A stretch of DNA of 64,000 nucleotides from Macrostomum lignano (taxonomy: Eukaryota), in the NCBI GenBank assembly GCA_002269645.1, contig NIVC01003456.1:1-64000 (forward strand). The letters run 5' to 3'. Of this stretch, positions 44,501 to 57,927 are shown piece by piece; the first letter of the stretch is position 1, and each line of letters starts with the position of its first letter. The position numbers and the translations under genes are program-made. Below the pieces are notes generated by a model. It made no database searches. It saw only the letters and a list, made by a program, of their open reading frames with translations, and was not told where the DNA came from.

Positions 44501-45816
44501 TCAGCTTGCGGCTACTTGCTGCTGCTGCAGCTGCTGTGGCTGAGGCCGACGGCGCGTCGGCGCTGGTTCGTCTCTGGACTTCGGAGTGAACACATCCCGG
44601 TTTGTGGTGGCGGCGGCCATAGGCTCCCGGGAGAGCTCCAGTTCACCCTTCGGCCTCACGGGTGCCGGCCGCTCGCCACGCCGCGCTTCGAAATCCTGCT
44701 GGGCGACAGTGCGGGCGGAAAAAGGCTCCGCTGTGCCTGAGTTAAGCTGCAGCTCACCAGCGTGTCGAATTGGTTCCCGCCGGGACTGCTGCCGGCTTGT
44801 CTGCGGTGCGAAGTCGCCCCTCTGGGTGGTCTCGGCTGCGAAGGCACCAGCAGGGATGCTGAGCTCCCCGCGCGGCACAATTGGTTGGCGCTTGGCAGCC
44901 ACGGCGCCACCGACGCCAGCTGCGGCTCCATACTCGGCGTTGCTGCCGGCGCCACGGTTTACCATGGGCTCGGTGGACACTTGCAACTGGTCCGAGTGCC
45001 GCACTGGGCGGGCCCGCTCTGAGCCGGGAGCGGTGGTGGCAAAGTCACCAGCGTACGAGGAGCGCGCAGCAAACGGGACCTCAGGCGGCTGGTACTGCCT
45101 GTTGGGCTTGAAGCTGGCCGGCTTGGCGTCAGAAATCTGGGCTCGCTTGTAGCCAGGGAAGCTCTCCGCCTGCTCCGAGTGGCCTGCGAATGCAGCATTG
45201 GGATCTCGCAGTTGTCGGTGCTGCGACTCTGGCCGGATTGGCGGTAGGCGGACTCGGGGACCGCTGTTGGCGAACTCGTTGGAGTAGGTGGTGCGCAAGT
45301 CCATGCTACCCTCCGGCCTCTCGTAGGCGGGCTGTTGGTGTCGGTAGCGCGGCTGAGCCTGCCAGGCCTTGTAGGCATCACGACTGCTGGACTCGCCGTT
45401 GAACGGGCCTTCGGCGCGCTCGATCTCGTTCTTCGGCCGGATCGGCTGCTGCCGCTCTGCGGAGTGCAAAAGAGACGCCGACTTTTACTAGAATCGTTTT
45501 TCACTATACATACTTCGTACCTATATAGCTAGCTACCTAGCTAGTCGGATCAAGATTAGACAGAGCAATTTTCCCAGCCTTTTCCCCAAATGTAAAATCC
45601 TGTGCCCTCTCAAGTCTTAAAAACTTTCCTCAGGTGTAGGTGGATTTGTTTAAACTCAATTTCAGGTAGTCTAATTCCTTAGTCAGAAGTCTTTGGGACA
45701 TCAAAATGCAGAAAAGTGACTTACCGCCTTGCCTGTATTGAAAGTCCGCACGGTTCACGGACTCCGATTGAAACGGCTCGGTAGGTGGCGCAATCCAGGA
45801 CATTCTGGCGGGCAAA
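44501..45816 (-). CDS. SAXO: SAXO/FAM154-like stabilizer of axonemal microtubules (Mn-motif repeats), 5' exon(s) unresolved
   Basis: Exons 45816-45725 (PFQSESVNRADF) and 45456-44501. Repeated PF..TT...DF / P.RP motifs: PFNGESSSRDAY, SMDLRTTYSNEF, PFAARSSYAGDF, AFAAETTQRGDF, PFSARTVAQQDF, PMAAATTNRDVF. Confidence 0.82.
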
Positions 45817-46054
45817 CTGGGAAGATAAGCAGATCAATGTATCCACAGGATGGGTATTTCTAGTCGCAGCAGATGCGCGGAATCCGTGAGTGGCGATTTA
45901 TACATCCGAGACCCGCAGAGGGACTGTCTGTGCAGGCGGAAATATAAAACTCTCAGTGTCCTTCAAAGCGTTGCAAAGGACTGGGGGAGAGGGGAGAGCA
46001 ATTGGGTGGAGGGAAGGGCAGGTCGGAGAGAAGCCATCGGCAGGAGCGCGCCCG

Positions 46055-46068
46055 GTTGCTATGGCAAC
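46055..46068. promoter_or_regulatory. RFX X-box (GTTGCTATGGCAAC)
   Basis: Matches the palindromic X-box consensus GTTNCCATGGNAAC/GTTGCYATGGCAAC and lies just upstream of a ciliary gene. Confidence 0.75.
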
Positions 46069-46276
46069 TAGCAGAGAATTGGGGCGCGGGATACAGGGGA
46101 AGAGAAATCGATTTTCTCCTGAGTATAGAGAAAAGGGGGAGGGAGGGCGTCAGTAGGTACTCAGTTCCTGCTAAGCCGAGCGACTGCAGGGGGCGAGACA
46201 GGAAAATACAAAGCGCCGCTCCACACAATCAGCAGGAGGAGCGGGCGAGCTGGCAGTCAAGCAGGGACAGATTTCA

Positions 46277-46290
46277 GTAGCCATGGCAAC
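46277..46290. promoter_or_regulatory. Second RFX X-box-like site (GTAGCCATGGCAAC)
   Basis: One mismatch to the consensus, 220 bp from the first site. Confidence 0.6.
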
Positions 46291-47267
46291 TGGCCAGGCC
46301 GTGTGGCACTGAAGGCGCGAGTGCGAGGAGGCGGAAGCGTGCGACTTGAGCAAATTCAATTAGAGCTGCTGAGAGCAGTGAGAATCGGTCCCGGAACTGA
46401 GCACTGTCGCAAAAGAGAAATGACTAATGGCCAGCATAGCACCGTCAGGTGGAATTGATTGCGATAAAACGCGGGCGCAGCGGCGCACGTTAAATTAAAT
46501 CCGAAGCGAGGCGATTCGCAACGCAATATTGCAGCCAGTGTATTTGCGGGAAGCTTAAAAACGGGACAAAATGCAGGCCGCGCAAGGCGAAATGCAAGGG
46601 CAAACGGACCAGCGCGAGCACAATAGAAGGGCGCACAGCACAAAGAGCAAAGTTGCACGAAAATGAAGGGCAAAAGCAAGTAAAAATCAGGCAAGAACAA
46701 AGCGGGCTCAGCAGGTTCGATGCGGCATTCAAGTGGCAGATTAGCACAGGCAGGCTAAACAGGCCAGCAAGCGATAGAAAGAAGGGGATACCAAAAGCAG
46801 AAAAAGCACAGAAAATAATGCAGATAACCGTACTGGGAAAGGCTATAACAATATAAATGCTACTGACGGCAGTTCAGAACTGGCCAATGGGGCAAAGGCG
46901 GTGCAAAAACGCGAGTGGTGCTGCTCATCAATACAATAAACAAAAAACTCTTGGAAGCGAAACGAAGCGGAAGGAGGGAGCTGGCATGGAGAAATGTGGG
47001 CGAATCAAAATAATTTGGGTAGAATAATTTTTTATATAACAGGAATGCAGCCGCACGCCACAAAGGCGAATGCAGCAGATGAAAGCGCATGAACTCACGA
47101 GCTCACAGACCTAACAGACAGTCCCCAGATCTTATAAAAAATAAATGCGACTGTCAGGGGCCAGAAACTGATTACTAACAGTAGTTAGTGCACAGAGCTG
47201 CATGTGAAACCAAAATGTAAAAATACAAGCAAACTCAGAAGCAATATAAAAGCAAACTTGGCTCAGC

Positions 47268-49290
47268 TCAGCCCAGGTAAGAAAGAGAGTGGGCGTCTAG
47301 CAGGTCATAGCAGAGGCAGTGGAGCAGCCGCTGCAGGCTGAGCCTGCGCACAGGGTCCGGATGCAGCAGCGCAGTGACGCACTGGTACAGCAGGGAGTCC
47401 ATGTCGGCCGGTCGGTCCACTTCGCCGCGCTCTAGCAGCCGCAGCCGCGCCTCGCCATCACTGGGGCTGTCAGTGGACTCCGGCACGTGACCGCCCGCGG
47501 CCTCGAACACGCACAGACCCAGGGAGAAATTGTCCACCAGACGAGGGTCCGGGTGCCGTCCGAGGTCCAGGGCGTCCATTGGCATGAAGCGGCCGTTGCC
47601 GTCCTCCAGGTTCTCCAGGTCAGCCGTGTCCCTGGCATGGCCGAAGTCGCCCAGCTTGAACAGCAGCCGCTCCCGGAGGTCGGGCATCATGGCAGCCAGC
47701 CTACCGTGCCGCTCCGACAGCGGCATCGCAGGTGGCAGGCTGGCCCTCGGTGCCCTGATGAGGATGTTGCTTGTGCTGCAGTCCAGATGGGCCAAGCCCT
47801 CAGAGTGCATGAAGGCCAGGGCGCTGCCGATGTCCCGCACCAGGTGGCGCAGGCGCTCGTCGGGCAGGCGGACGCGGCAGGCGAGGTACTGGCGCAGCGC
47901 CAGGCCGTTGCAGTACTCCAGTTGGATGTACAGTCGGTCGAACTGCACCCAACAACCGTAGTACTCCACTATGTTGGGATGGCGCTCAGTTAGCCCGGCC
48001 ATCGCCCACACCTCCTAAAATTCGAGCGAGTTCGAATTGCATGCCACAGGGATAACTACCTGGCCTGCACCATACCACAGTGACCACCAGCATGCAACTC
48101 ATGCCACAGGGATAACTACCTGGCCTCCACCATACCGCAGGGACCACCAGAATGCAACTCATGCCACAGGGATAACTACTTGGCCTCCACCATACCGGTG
48201 ACCACCAGCATGCAAATCATGCCAATATGGGATAACTACCTGGTCTCCACCATACCACAGTGACCACCAGCATGCAAATTATACCAATATGGGATAACTA
48301 CCTGGCCACCACCATACCGGTGACCACCAGCATGCAAATCATGCCAATATGGGATAACTACCTGGCCTTCAGCGTGTCACAGACCTCCAGAAAACTTACC
48401 TGGATGCCCTCCTTGGCCTGAGCAGAGGCGCTGGGACCGTCACGAGTTTTTTGCGGCAGGGCGGTCTTGAGGCAGTACACCCGGCCGTCCAGCCGGTTGA
48501 TGGCGGTGAACACGAAGCCAAAGGAGCCGCTGGCAACGGCCCTGGTGTTGTCCTCATCAGTGAGGTCGAACTCGGTGTAAAGCCGGTCGGAGTTCAGCAG
48601 CCGTTCGTCCATCAGCCGAGGCGCTTGGCCCGGCGTCAAGGCGAGTTTCCGCCTGCCTTCGGGCGTGCACCGGTTGATGTTGGAACCGGACAGGCAGCGG
48701 ATGGCCTGGCAGTTCCTGTACATGCGGCTCTGCTCACTGCGCACACTCAGCAGCAACTCCGGTGCCTGCGGGCCTGACTGGCCAACTGGAGTAGCGGGCG
48801 GGGGCGGCTGCCGCTGCTCGGGGCTCGCAGATGTTTCGCTAGCGTCATCGTCGAAGCGCAGCACCCGACAGACGTCGGCACCGAAGGCCAGCTTTGCCGG
48901 CGCTGTTCGCAGCAACTGCAGCTCCTTGCGCCGCGTAAACATGACCTCCTCCATCTGGACGGTCTCAAAGAACTCCTGCTCTTGCTCCTGCACAGCAGTC
49001 AGCTGCCATTGCTGCTGATGGCCGGCCAGCTGCTGAGGCACAGCCGAGTGAGCCAGGCCAGAGTCGCAGTACTCCACCTGCTCGACCGCGTTCGGTGACA
49101 AATCCAGGTCGGGGTTCGAGCAAGAAGACGAGCTGAGGTATTCCGTCAGGTCCTGGCGAGGCGTTGAGGCACTCTTGGTCGGCTCAATGGAGTGGAACAG
49201 TGCCATGCAGGGCGGTTCGCCGCGGTCCTCGCTGCCCGAGGTGTCCATGAGACAGTTTTCAAATGACAAATCAGCCGGTCGTGACTCCAT
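47268..49290 (-). CDS. WEE1: WEE1-like protein kinase, divergent, 2 coding exons (~545 aa)
   Basis: Exons 49290-48400 and 48014-47268 joined in phase 0. Motifs: VASGSFGFVF, RLDGRVYCLK, QEVWAMAGL..HPNIVEYY..W...LYIQLEYCNG, HLDCSTSNILI, FKLGDFGH, EDGNGRFM. The Wee1 pattern is RLDG..YAIK, EV.A.A.L, IQ.EYCNG, KIGDLGH, EEGD.RF. Confidence 0.82.
48040..48366. repeat. ~60-bp minisatellite filling the WEE1 intron
   Basis: atgccacagggataactacctggcc..gaccaccagcatgca recurs at 48041, 48101, 48161 and onward, ~5.5 copies. Confidence 0.93.
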
Positions 49291-52200
49291 TGGTTTCTGC
49301 AAGCAAGAATTGCTGGTTGGTGCAAGCAAGAGTTTACAAGTGAAACGAGAGTTTCAACCAAGTGTAATTTTAGCTGTACAGTGTTTTAAATCTATAAAGG
49401 CCTTAAAGAAGGGTTAAAAAACTTGATTTAAATTTTAAAGCTAGTTGAAAGGTAAAATTTGATATAAAAGCATGCTAAGACATCAAAGAAAACTGGTCAT
49501 GCATGCAAAATAAAATTTTCAGTTTAAGCCAACTGTCTTTAGTATCTTATAGTGAACAATAGGGTTGTTAAAAAGCCAGATGCCTAAAAAAGTCGATGAG
49601 GTAACACTATTGATATGCTAAGATAATGGTAGTAAGGCCTATGGGAAGTCTTAGTTAAAGGCTAGGAATAATTTCTAAAACAAATATATTGTGTCTTATT
49701 ATGCATTTATCCAAGTGTCTACAAAATAATGTATTTTTCATATGCATAATACATATACTTGTACCAACAAAATTTTGCACAATTTTTAAAAGTAAAGGCA
49801 TAATTATGATTGTTTAAAATTAAAAAAAAAATCGAAGCTTTGATAGAACAACCTGACCTTATAGTACTTTTCTGCTTATTCATTTTTAGGTATATTTTAA
49901 ACTACCAAAAAGTATTTTGTCTACAAAAAAGCACAAAAATGATATACTGGTACAATGGTATAGCTAAGATAACAATAGGATTTCTTTAGTCTTGTAGTGG
50001 GATTTGTAAAGTTAAGATGTTTTAATTGCTTTATAAGCTTTTTAGAATACACATAAGATAAATGAACAGGTTTGTAAGCTTGAATACAGTTTTATTTTTG
50101 CTTAACAATTTAGAAGTAAGGTCTGGTTATTATACTAATAGCTATCAGCTCATCACCTTTAAAATATAGTTTAGTACAAAAGCAGCATTTTTTTCTAGAA
50201 ATAAGAAGCTATTTTTATATTTCTATGAACTATAATTATTGCTACTTTTGTTAAGATAAATGTGGATAGTCAGTAGTTCTAAACTTTTATATCTATGTTT
50301 TGGTACATACATGCGCAACTGCTGGCCGACCTGGCCGATCTGACCACCGTAAATTGTGGTGGACTAGGGGTAAGTCGCAAAAATGCCCAGCCTAAAGAAT
50401 ACAGACGTAGTACTAATTAGATGACGAGGCATTAGCCCTTATAAGACAGTCATAGTTACTCCTGCCGTTTACCCAAAATTGCATTAGGGTTTCTTTCACA
50501 GGTAAGTCGCATTTTTGGTCAAAAAGTAAGTCGCATGGCCAGTGTAAATCAGGGGGGTTGCGCATGTATGTTTTGGTAGACATTTTCAAGGATATAAATT
50601 TATACGTCATTTCACTGTACATATTCTTAGGCATGACTTTTGGACTTATAGTAAGCATATATAGTACATTATAGAACTGAACTGTATGGCATCTGCATTG
50701 TTTGTAAAAATGGACAAAAATGGACAGCATCAGCTTTTCAAATTATTACATATTATTATTAAAACTGTTTCTAATGCAATTGCAATTGGTAAAAGTAGTT
50801 ACTTTACTTAATAAACACTACTACTACAATATAGCAAAAAGGAACAACAAGCAAGGAAGCTGAAGTCTAGGAAATATTCTAGATATTCTAGATGAATCTA
50901 GTTTTATATTTTTCAAGTTTTTCTATAGATATCTGAGAAGTCTGAGTGCATTCAATCAAAACTACTTTCACTACTTGTTGCTAGCTTATTGACTTACTAT
51001 AAGTCTATAGTTGAGTTCCTACAACATTCATTTAAACTTTTGTTTGCATTGCATGTTTTTTTAAAGATATTAAAGTTGATATAGAAATGAAAGTTGCAAT
51101 TATAAATTTGTGTAAAATCCATACTTACAATGATGTCCTTTTGCCAGGAAAATTCTGATGCACAGAAGCCTTCTCAGGCTTCTCAGCACATGTGGCATAG
51201 ATGGCATAGTTGCAACATAGTGGCATAACATAATGCAGACTGTGCAATATTTAAAATGCAGCATATCAAATATAAAAGAAAAAGCATATTTAAATTAAAA
51301 ATCTATCTATTAGACTATGTTGGAATATAGTTTAAATATTTTAATTTTAGAAAAAATATATAGAGTTTACAATTTATTTTTTTGTCTTCATCACCTTAAT
51401 TTTAACATACTTTAGTAATTTCATTAGACAAATATAGCAATATAACTAAATATATATTTCAACAAATGTTGGCTTATAATAATATAGACTGGTGCATATC
51501 ATCATCCTGTATCTATCTATTATTTTTTATCTATTCTGTTTTATATTATATAACTAAATAGGAAAAGTTTCTATGTATGTATATATACGAGCTATATATA
51601 TAAGTATTGTATGTATATAATCAATTTTAAAAGATTTATCCAACCATTTTTTCAAGCTTGCACTTTTTAATCAAAAATTCTTATGAATTAGTACAGTTCT
51701 CTTGGCTAAAAGATTGCTCCATTTTAAAGGGATTAAGTATAAAAAGCATGCCTTTTTGCAAAGGTCAAGTAGATTTTTTCAAATTGAAATACATTATAAG
51801 AATGTTGGAGAAAAAAACTGACTGGCTAAATTTTTTTTTCTAAAAAGATTGCATCCTAACTGGATTGTAACTTTAACTTAAATTGTGCTACTGTGTTGAA
51901 AACACAGTGTGGAAAGATAGCACAAGACTTGATTTAAATGGAGTAACACATTGTTAACTTCAATTGAGACTGATACCAACTTCTTGAGAAATTGATTGTC
52001 AACTGCTTTGTGTGATATATTCTTAGCTTTGAGTATTGAAAGTGTTGAATTATTTTGAATTATAAGCGCTACAAAGATAGCCCAAAGGTGAACAGGCTAA
52101 ACTACTAATGTAGCAAAATGGGTTCAAATTTTCAGTCTAGAGTTTTTTATTAAAACTTCTTTACTGTCAAGAAACTAAAGAACACTTTAAAAGAAGCATC

Positions 52201-53039
52201 ATGTAAAACATTAAAAATGAATCAAGTAAAGCATAAAAGAAGTGCCATGTAAAAACCTTATATATAATCTTATTTACACTATTGTATACATTTTAGTATA
52301 GTGTACATCATTAGTATATACAACCTAGCACTTAAAGTCAACTTAAATGAAAAGTACACTTACACATTCAAATAATTATAAAAATGTAAATGGACCCAAG
52401 ATAATTGACAATAAATATATTGATTTTAAGCTCCAAGCTTACTAACAATTAGGTATCTTTTCTTTAGCTTTAATGAGTCCAAGGTACACCTCATTTTCCT
52501 TGACTTTTTCCTTGAAAATCATAATAAACTCATACTTAATATATTTAATTTAATTTGAATTGTTGAAGCCAAGTATTACTAAGGTACATAATCACTTAAA
52601 CAGAAATGCTAGTGTGCAATGATTCTTGCACCAAAATGTGAGTATCTATGTTTAGAAGTTTGGAACAATTCAAATTGATAATGCATTTGTAAAGCCCAGC
52701 ACAAAATACAACAATACCTTTAATATTGTAACTGTAGCTTTTGTAAGTTCTTCTTTTTAATGGATATTTAAAATTTATATCATATTAGCAATGTAGTGCC
52801 ATCCTTTGGGGTGTTCAATAAGCAAGAAGCAAAAATTACTCATGCAAATCTATAAAGAAACATTTTCTTGAGAAACAACTTTTTTGGTTTTATAGATTAT
52901 CTTATTCAAGTAAAATTGTCATAGACAAAGATGTTTGCTAGGCCTATGAAACTTTTGTTATCTAAAAGTAAATAAGTATGCAACAAAATAAAGCCTTCAA
53001 AAAGATAATATATGTTCCCCCTAAGTTGAAAACATTCCC

Positions 53040-53375
53040 CAGATGGCAAATATCACCTAGATAGCAAGCAACCCCAGACAGCAAGTATCTACCAATAGCA
53101 AGCAACCCTAGAAAGCAATCATCCCCCAATAGTAAGTAAGCATTTCCTAATAGCAAGCAACCCCAGACAGTGAGACAGCAAGTATCCTCTAATAGCAAGC
53201 AATCCTAGATAGCAAGCATTCCCAGATAGGCCTAGCAAGCAACCCAAAAAGCAATCATCCTTCAGATAAAAAACATCCCCTAAAAGTAAGTACCTCAAAC
53301 AACAAGCATCTCCCAATAGCAAACAACCCTAGATAGCAAGCATCCCTCGACAGCAAGCAACCCCAGACAGTAAAC
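53040..53375. repeat. 18-bp satellite array (gcaagcatcccccagata family), degenerate
   Basis: Repeated agcaagca(a/t)cccc.agat. Confidence 0.85.
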
Positions 53376-55625
53376 AAACAAAATTATGCTTAGATTAGAA
53401 AAGCTAACATCCTATTTTAACTCTTTTTGCATGAATTGCAATATTTAACTATGAAAAATTAGCCTTACTAGCTATATAGTAGCTATAGCCTATACTTTAA
53501 TTTTTCTTCTCAAAAAAAAGCCATTTTGTCTGCTAGCAGACAAAAAGGTAGCAGACAAAATGACTACAACTGTGTACCTTTTAGCATAGGCATTATATAC
53601 ATAGTCATACTCATAGCTATAAATGTTTTTTTTACCTTAATACTATATGAATAATATATAGTATTATATATATATAATTTAAGATAATTAGGTTAATTGA
53701 ATAAGTTTGAAAACTCCTACAATTTTTTAAGTAAAGTAAATGTAGACTACAATAAAATTATGTGCTATGTTTTTTATGATTTACGCTATACTGATACATA
53801 ATTTGTCTTGATTCCAAGAAAGACACTATAATATTTTTTGAATAGAATAATTTTCTATGCCATGTATATAATTTTTTCTAGTTATATAATTTTTAAAAAA
53901 AATTACAAACTTATATAATATATAAAAATATACGCTTCTTTCTATAATTTGTTTTAATCTACATTTTTATGCTCAAAGTTTAATTGTGTGTGTGTGAGTA
54001 AAAAAATACTTCTTATATCACGTACATATGCAGCGCAGCCGCCAGCCAGACTGACTAAAGGTCTAAATGAAGCATTGATGTCTATCTTAGCTAAAAAGTT
54101 CTTGTGCAAGTGGTGCATACTCTATGACAGATTTGTTATCTAGATATTACAATACTAGACTCTAGTAGGTATTCTAGAGGCTACCAAATATAATATGGGT
54201 CCATAGCATTGACATGATAGACTGGCTTACCTAATATTAATAAAGAATAAAATGTCATATGAAGTCCTACGAAGAAAAAAAGGCACCTGTATATTAGGGC
54301 TAGGGAGCAGAGCACTGGCTCAAACTATCTGCTAGGCCTACCTAAGACGTATTTTATCTAATGACTAGGGGCCTAATATAATAAATACTTTAACTGTAAA
54401 CCTAAACTAAAAACAAAGTGCTTCAAAATTATATAGATGCCAATCTGATTTCAAACTCACTATCATTAATGCTCTATACACAAATTCTAATCGTTTAGCT
54501 TTAACATAGTTTTTAATTAATGGTGGAGATCAAATTTTCTGGCATTCTTTTGATTCATGATTATTTCAAACAGTGATAACTACCACTTAAAATAGTTGTA
54601 AGACATAAAAGCTGACAATAGTTTCAAATGAAAAGAAATCAAAAGTTGGCAAACTAACCTTGTTTATTTCAAAGGATAGTAAGATTATTGTAACTTATAT
54701 ATTGCTATTTTGCAGTCTATAATTACCTAAATATATATTTCCCATTAAAATGATTTTAAACCAAAGCTAGCTATAGGAAAGGCTATCAAATAGTCCCATA
54801 TGTCATTGTCTGTCAAGTAGCAAGTTTGAGCTAGTAGCTTATAATATCATCTTTGGTTTATAATTACTTCTACATACACACTTTACTAAAATTATTGCAA
54901 ACTAAAGCTGGCAATATTACATTTACTCTAAGTACATATGCATTACATAGGCGGAATAGGCCTACAATATTATTGTTAACCTAGTTTTGACTTTGGTTCA
55001 CGATCATTTTTTATGTGCCTTACACATTCAAATGATCATATACCAAAGCTGATATATAAGTATTATCCAAAATACCACACTTTCAATTTTGCATATTTTT
55101 TGTCAGCCAGTTTTGAACATGCCATTTTTGTGTTTCAAAAATAACAAAACTATTTTTTATACAAAGTTAAAGTATAGTATAGGCTCAGTAGCATTTTGCT
55201 ATAAGCTTAATATCATTTATCAAAAAATACTTGCAAATTACAATAGATATATTAAAAAATATAATTTTTTTAAAACTTAGAAAATTGCTAAAATTAGACC
55301 TATGCTTTTATATAACATTTAAAGTCTAGTTAAAGCTTTCATTGAAAGCATATTAAAAGCAAGGCATTTAAAAAATCATTTAAAACTAGGCCTATAGACA
55401 ATGTCAATTTTCTTTTTTGTAGTGCCTAAACAAACTTGGATTTTCTTAGTAACTTATTGAAATATATGTTATATGCAATTTTGGATCCAGGACATAACAA
55501 GATGCTTCTTGGCGACAAATGTTTTAGCAACACACAACAAGACATATCGGCAACAGATATTGCAGTAATTTAATTATAGCATAGTAGATAGAGTTCCTTA
55601 CTTTGTTATAGTTGTTTTAACAGTA

Positions 55626-57927
55626 GAACTACCAAGAGGGGGGGGAAAATTTCCCCCCCCCCTGACAATTTTTTTTTGCTGCGCCGGAACGGAGCAATGC
55701 AGGCACACAAAATTCAAGAACATGGGCTAACTTTTTGTTGCGCACCTTCTCAAACAAGAATCAAGTCGCCAACCCTCCGGACCGTCGAGATATTCGACGA
55801 TTCTGCCAGAAGGTTGGATTTTTCCTATAAGCGCTAGTGTATTCAGTACACCCCTATGCGCCAATTAGCACTGCGCCTCAGTGCAGCCTTGCCAAGTCTC
55901 CAAATTTCATCAGCATGTCGACCACATGTGTCTGCATCAGTTCTGACTTCGTTGGTTACTGGCCTTCACCAAGACGGAGCTTCTAGACCTTCAACAGGTG
56001 GCACCAGGTGACTATGAACACCTTGATGCAAATTTCTCTAGTTTCACCGATCAAGCCTCGACAGTGGGCAAGAATCAACCGCCAGACATTCTCAGCTAGT
56101 CTCTCAAGACTTCCGTCATCATCCCGACGCCGTCGGCTCCTTCAACAGATTATACCAGGTGACTATGGACATCCTGTTGCAAATATGTCAGGTCTTTCTT
56201 ATCAAGCTTCAATAATGGGCAAACCTCAACCGACGGACATTGTCAGCTAGTCTCTCAAGCATTCCGTCATCATCCCGACGCCGTCAGCTCCTTCAACAGA
56301 TTACACCAGGTGACTATGGACATCCTGTTGCAAATATGTCAGGTCTTTCTTATCAAGCTTCAATAATGGGCAAACCTCAACCGACGGACATTGTCAGCTA
56401 GTCTCTCAAGCATTCCGTCATCATCCCGACGCCGTCAGCTCCTTCAACAGATTACACCAGGTGACTATGAACACCTTGATGCGAATTTCTCGAGTTTCAC
56501 CAATCAAGCCTCGACAGTGGGCAAGCCTCAACTGCTGGACATCCTCAGCTAGTCTCTCAAGCATTCCGTCATCATCCCGACGCTGTCGGCTCCTTCAACA
56601 GATGACACCAAGTGACTATGGACACCCTGATGCGAATTTCTCTAGTTTTGCCGATCAAGCCTTGACAGTAGGCAAGCCTCAACTGCCGGACACCTTCGGC
56701 TAGTCTCCTAAGCATTTCACCATCACCCCGACGCCATTGGCACCTTCAACAGGTGGCACCAGGGGAGTAAGGACACCTGAGCATGATTTTTCATCATGCT
56801 CTTAACATTTCTGAAGCTCTCAAAATTTTTAAAGCACGGAAATTGCTATAGTTAAGCTTGAACTCATGTTGCTGTATATTATATTATTATTACACATACC
56901 TTTATGCATACGAGCTACATACATATTTTATTCGAAAAGCTGTTTAGTTTATTCAACTATAATATTGAACCCAATTTTTATGCAGTAAGGGTTATGCTTT
57001 TAAGAAGCCAGTAAATTCAATCGGTTTTTTCATTTTTTTATGATTCAGAAATGTTAAGAGCATGATGAAAAATCATGCTCAGGTGTCCTTACTCCCCTGG
57101 TGCCACCTGTTGAAGGTGCCGACGGTGTCGGGATGATGACGGAATGCTTGAGAGACTAGCTGAGGATGTCCAGCAATTGAGGCTTGCCCACTGTCGAGGC
57201 TTGATTGGTGAAACTCGAGAAATTCGCATCAAGGTGTTCATAGTCACCTGGTGTAATCTGTTGAAGGAGCTGACAGCGTCGGGATGATGACGGAATGCTT
57301 GAGAGACTAGCTGACAATGTCCGTTGGTTGAGGTTTGCCCATTATTGAAGCTTGATAAGAAATACCTGACATATTTGCAACAGGATGTCCATAGTCACCT
57401 GGTGTAATCTGTTGAAGGAGCCGACGGTGTCGGGATGATGACGGAAGTCTTGAGAGACTAGCTGAGAATGTCTGGCGGTTGATTCTTGCCCACTGTCGAG
57501 GCTTGATCGGTGAAACTAGAGAAATTCGCATCAAGGTGTTCATAGTCACCTGGTGCCACCTGTTGAAGGTCTAGAAGCTCCGTCTTGGTGAAGGCCAGTA
57601 ACCAACGAAGTCAGAACTGATGCAGACACATGTGGTCGACATGCTGATGAAATTTGGAGACTTGGCAAGGCTGCACTGAGGCGCAGTGCTAATTGGCGCA
57701 CAGGGGTGTACTGAATACACTAGCGCTTATAGGAAAAACCCGACCTTCTGGCAGAATCGTCGAATATCTCGACGGTCCGGAGGGTTGGCGACTTGATTCT
57801 TGTTTGAGAAGGTGCGCAACAAAAAGTTAGCCCGTGTTCTTGAATTTCGTGTGCCTGCGTTGCTCCGTTCCGGCGCAGCAAAAAAAATTGTCAGGGGGGG
57901 AAATTTTTCCCCCCCTCTTGGTAGTTC
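55626..57927. mobile_element. Non-coding Foldback-like element: 1190/884-bp inverted arms with internal 151-bp tandem repeats and a 228-bp spacer
   Basis: 55626-56815 is the reverse complement of 57044-57927, apart from two extra 151-bp units on the left. No transposase ORF. Confidence 0.9.

Noticed and set aside
52962-53322. Leu/Gly/Cys-rich ORFs (also 60316-60594 and 61159-61488)
   Set aside because: They are translations of the 18-bp satellite.
56008-57549. Three near-identical 80-aa ORFs (MTMNTLM..)
   Set aside because: They are translations of the 151-bp repeats in the Foldback arms, start at GTG and have no domain.
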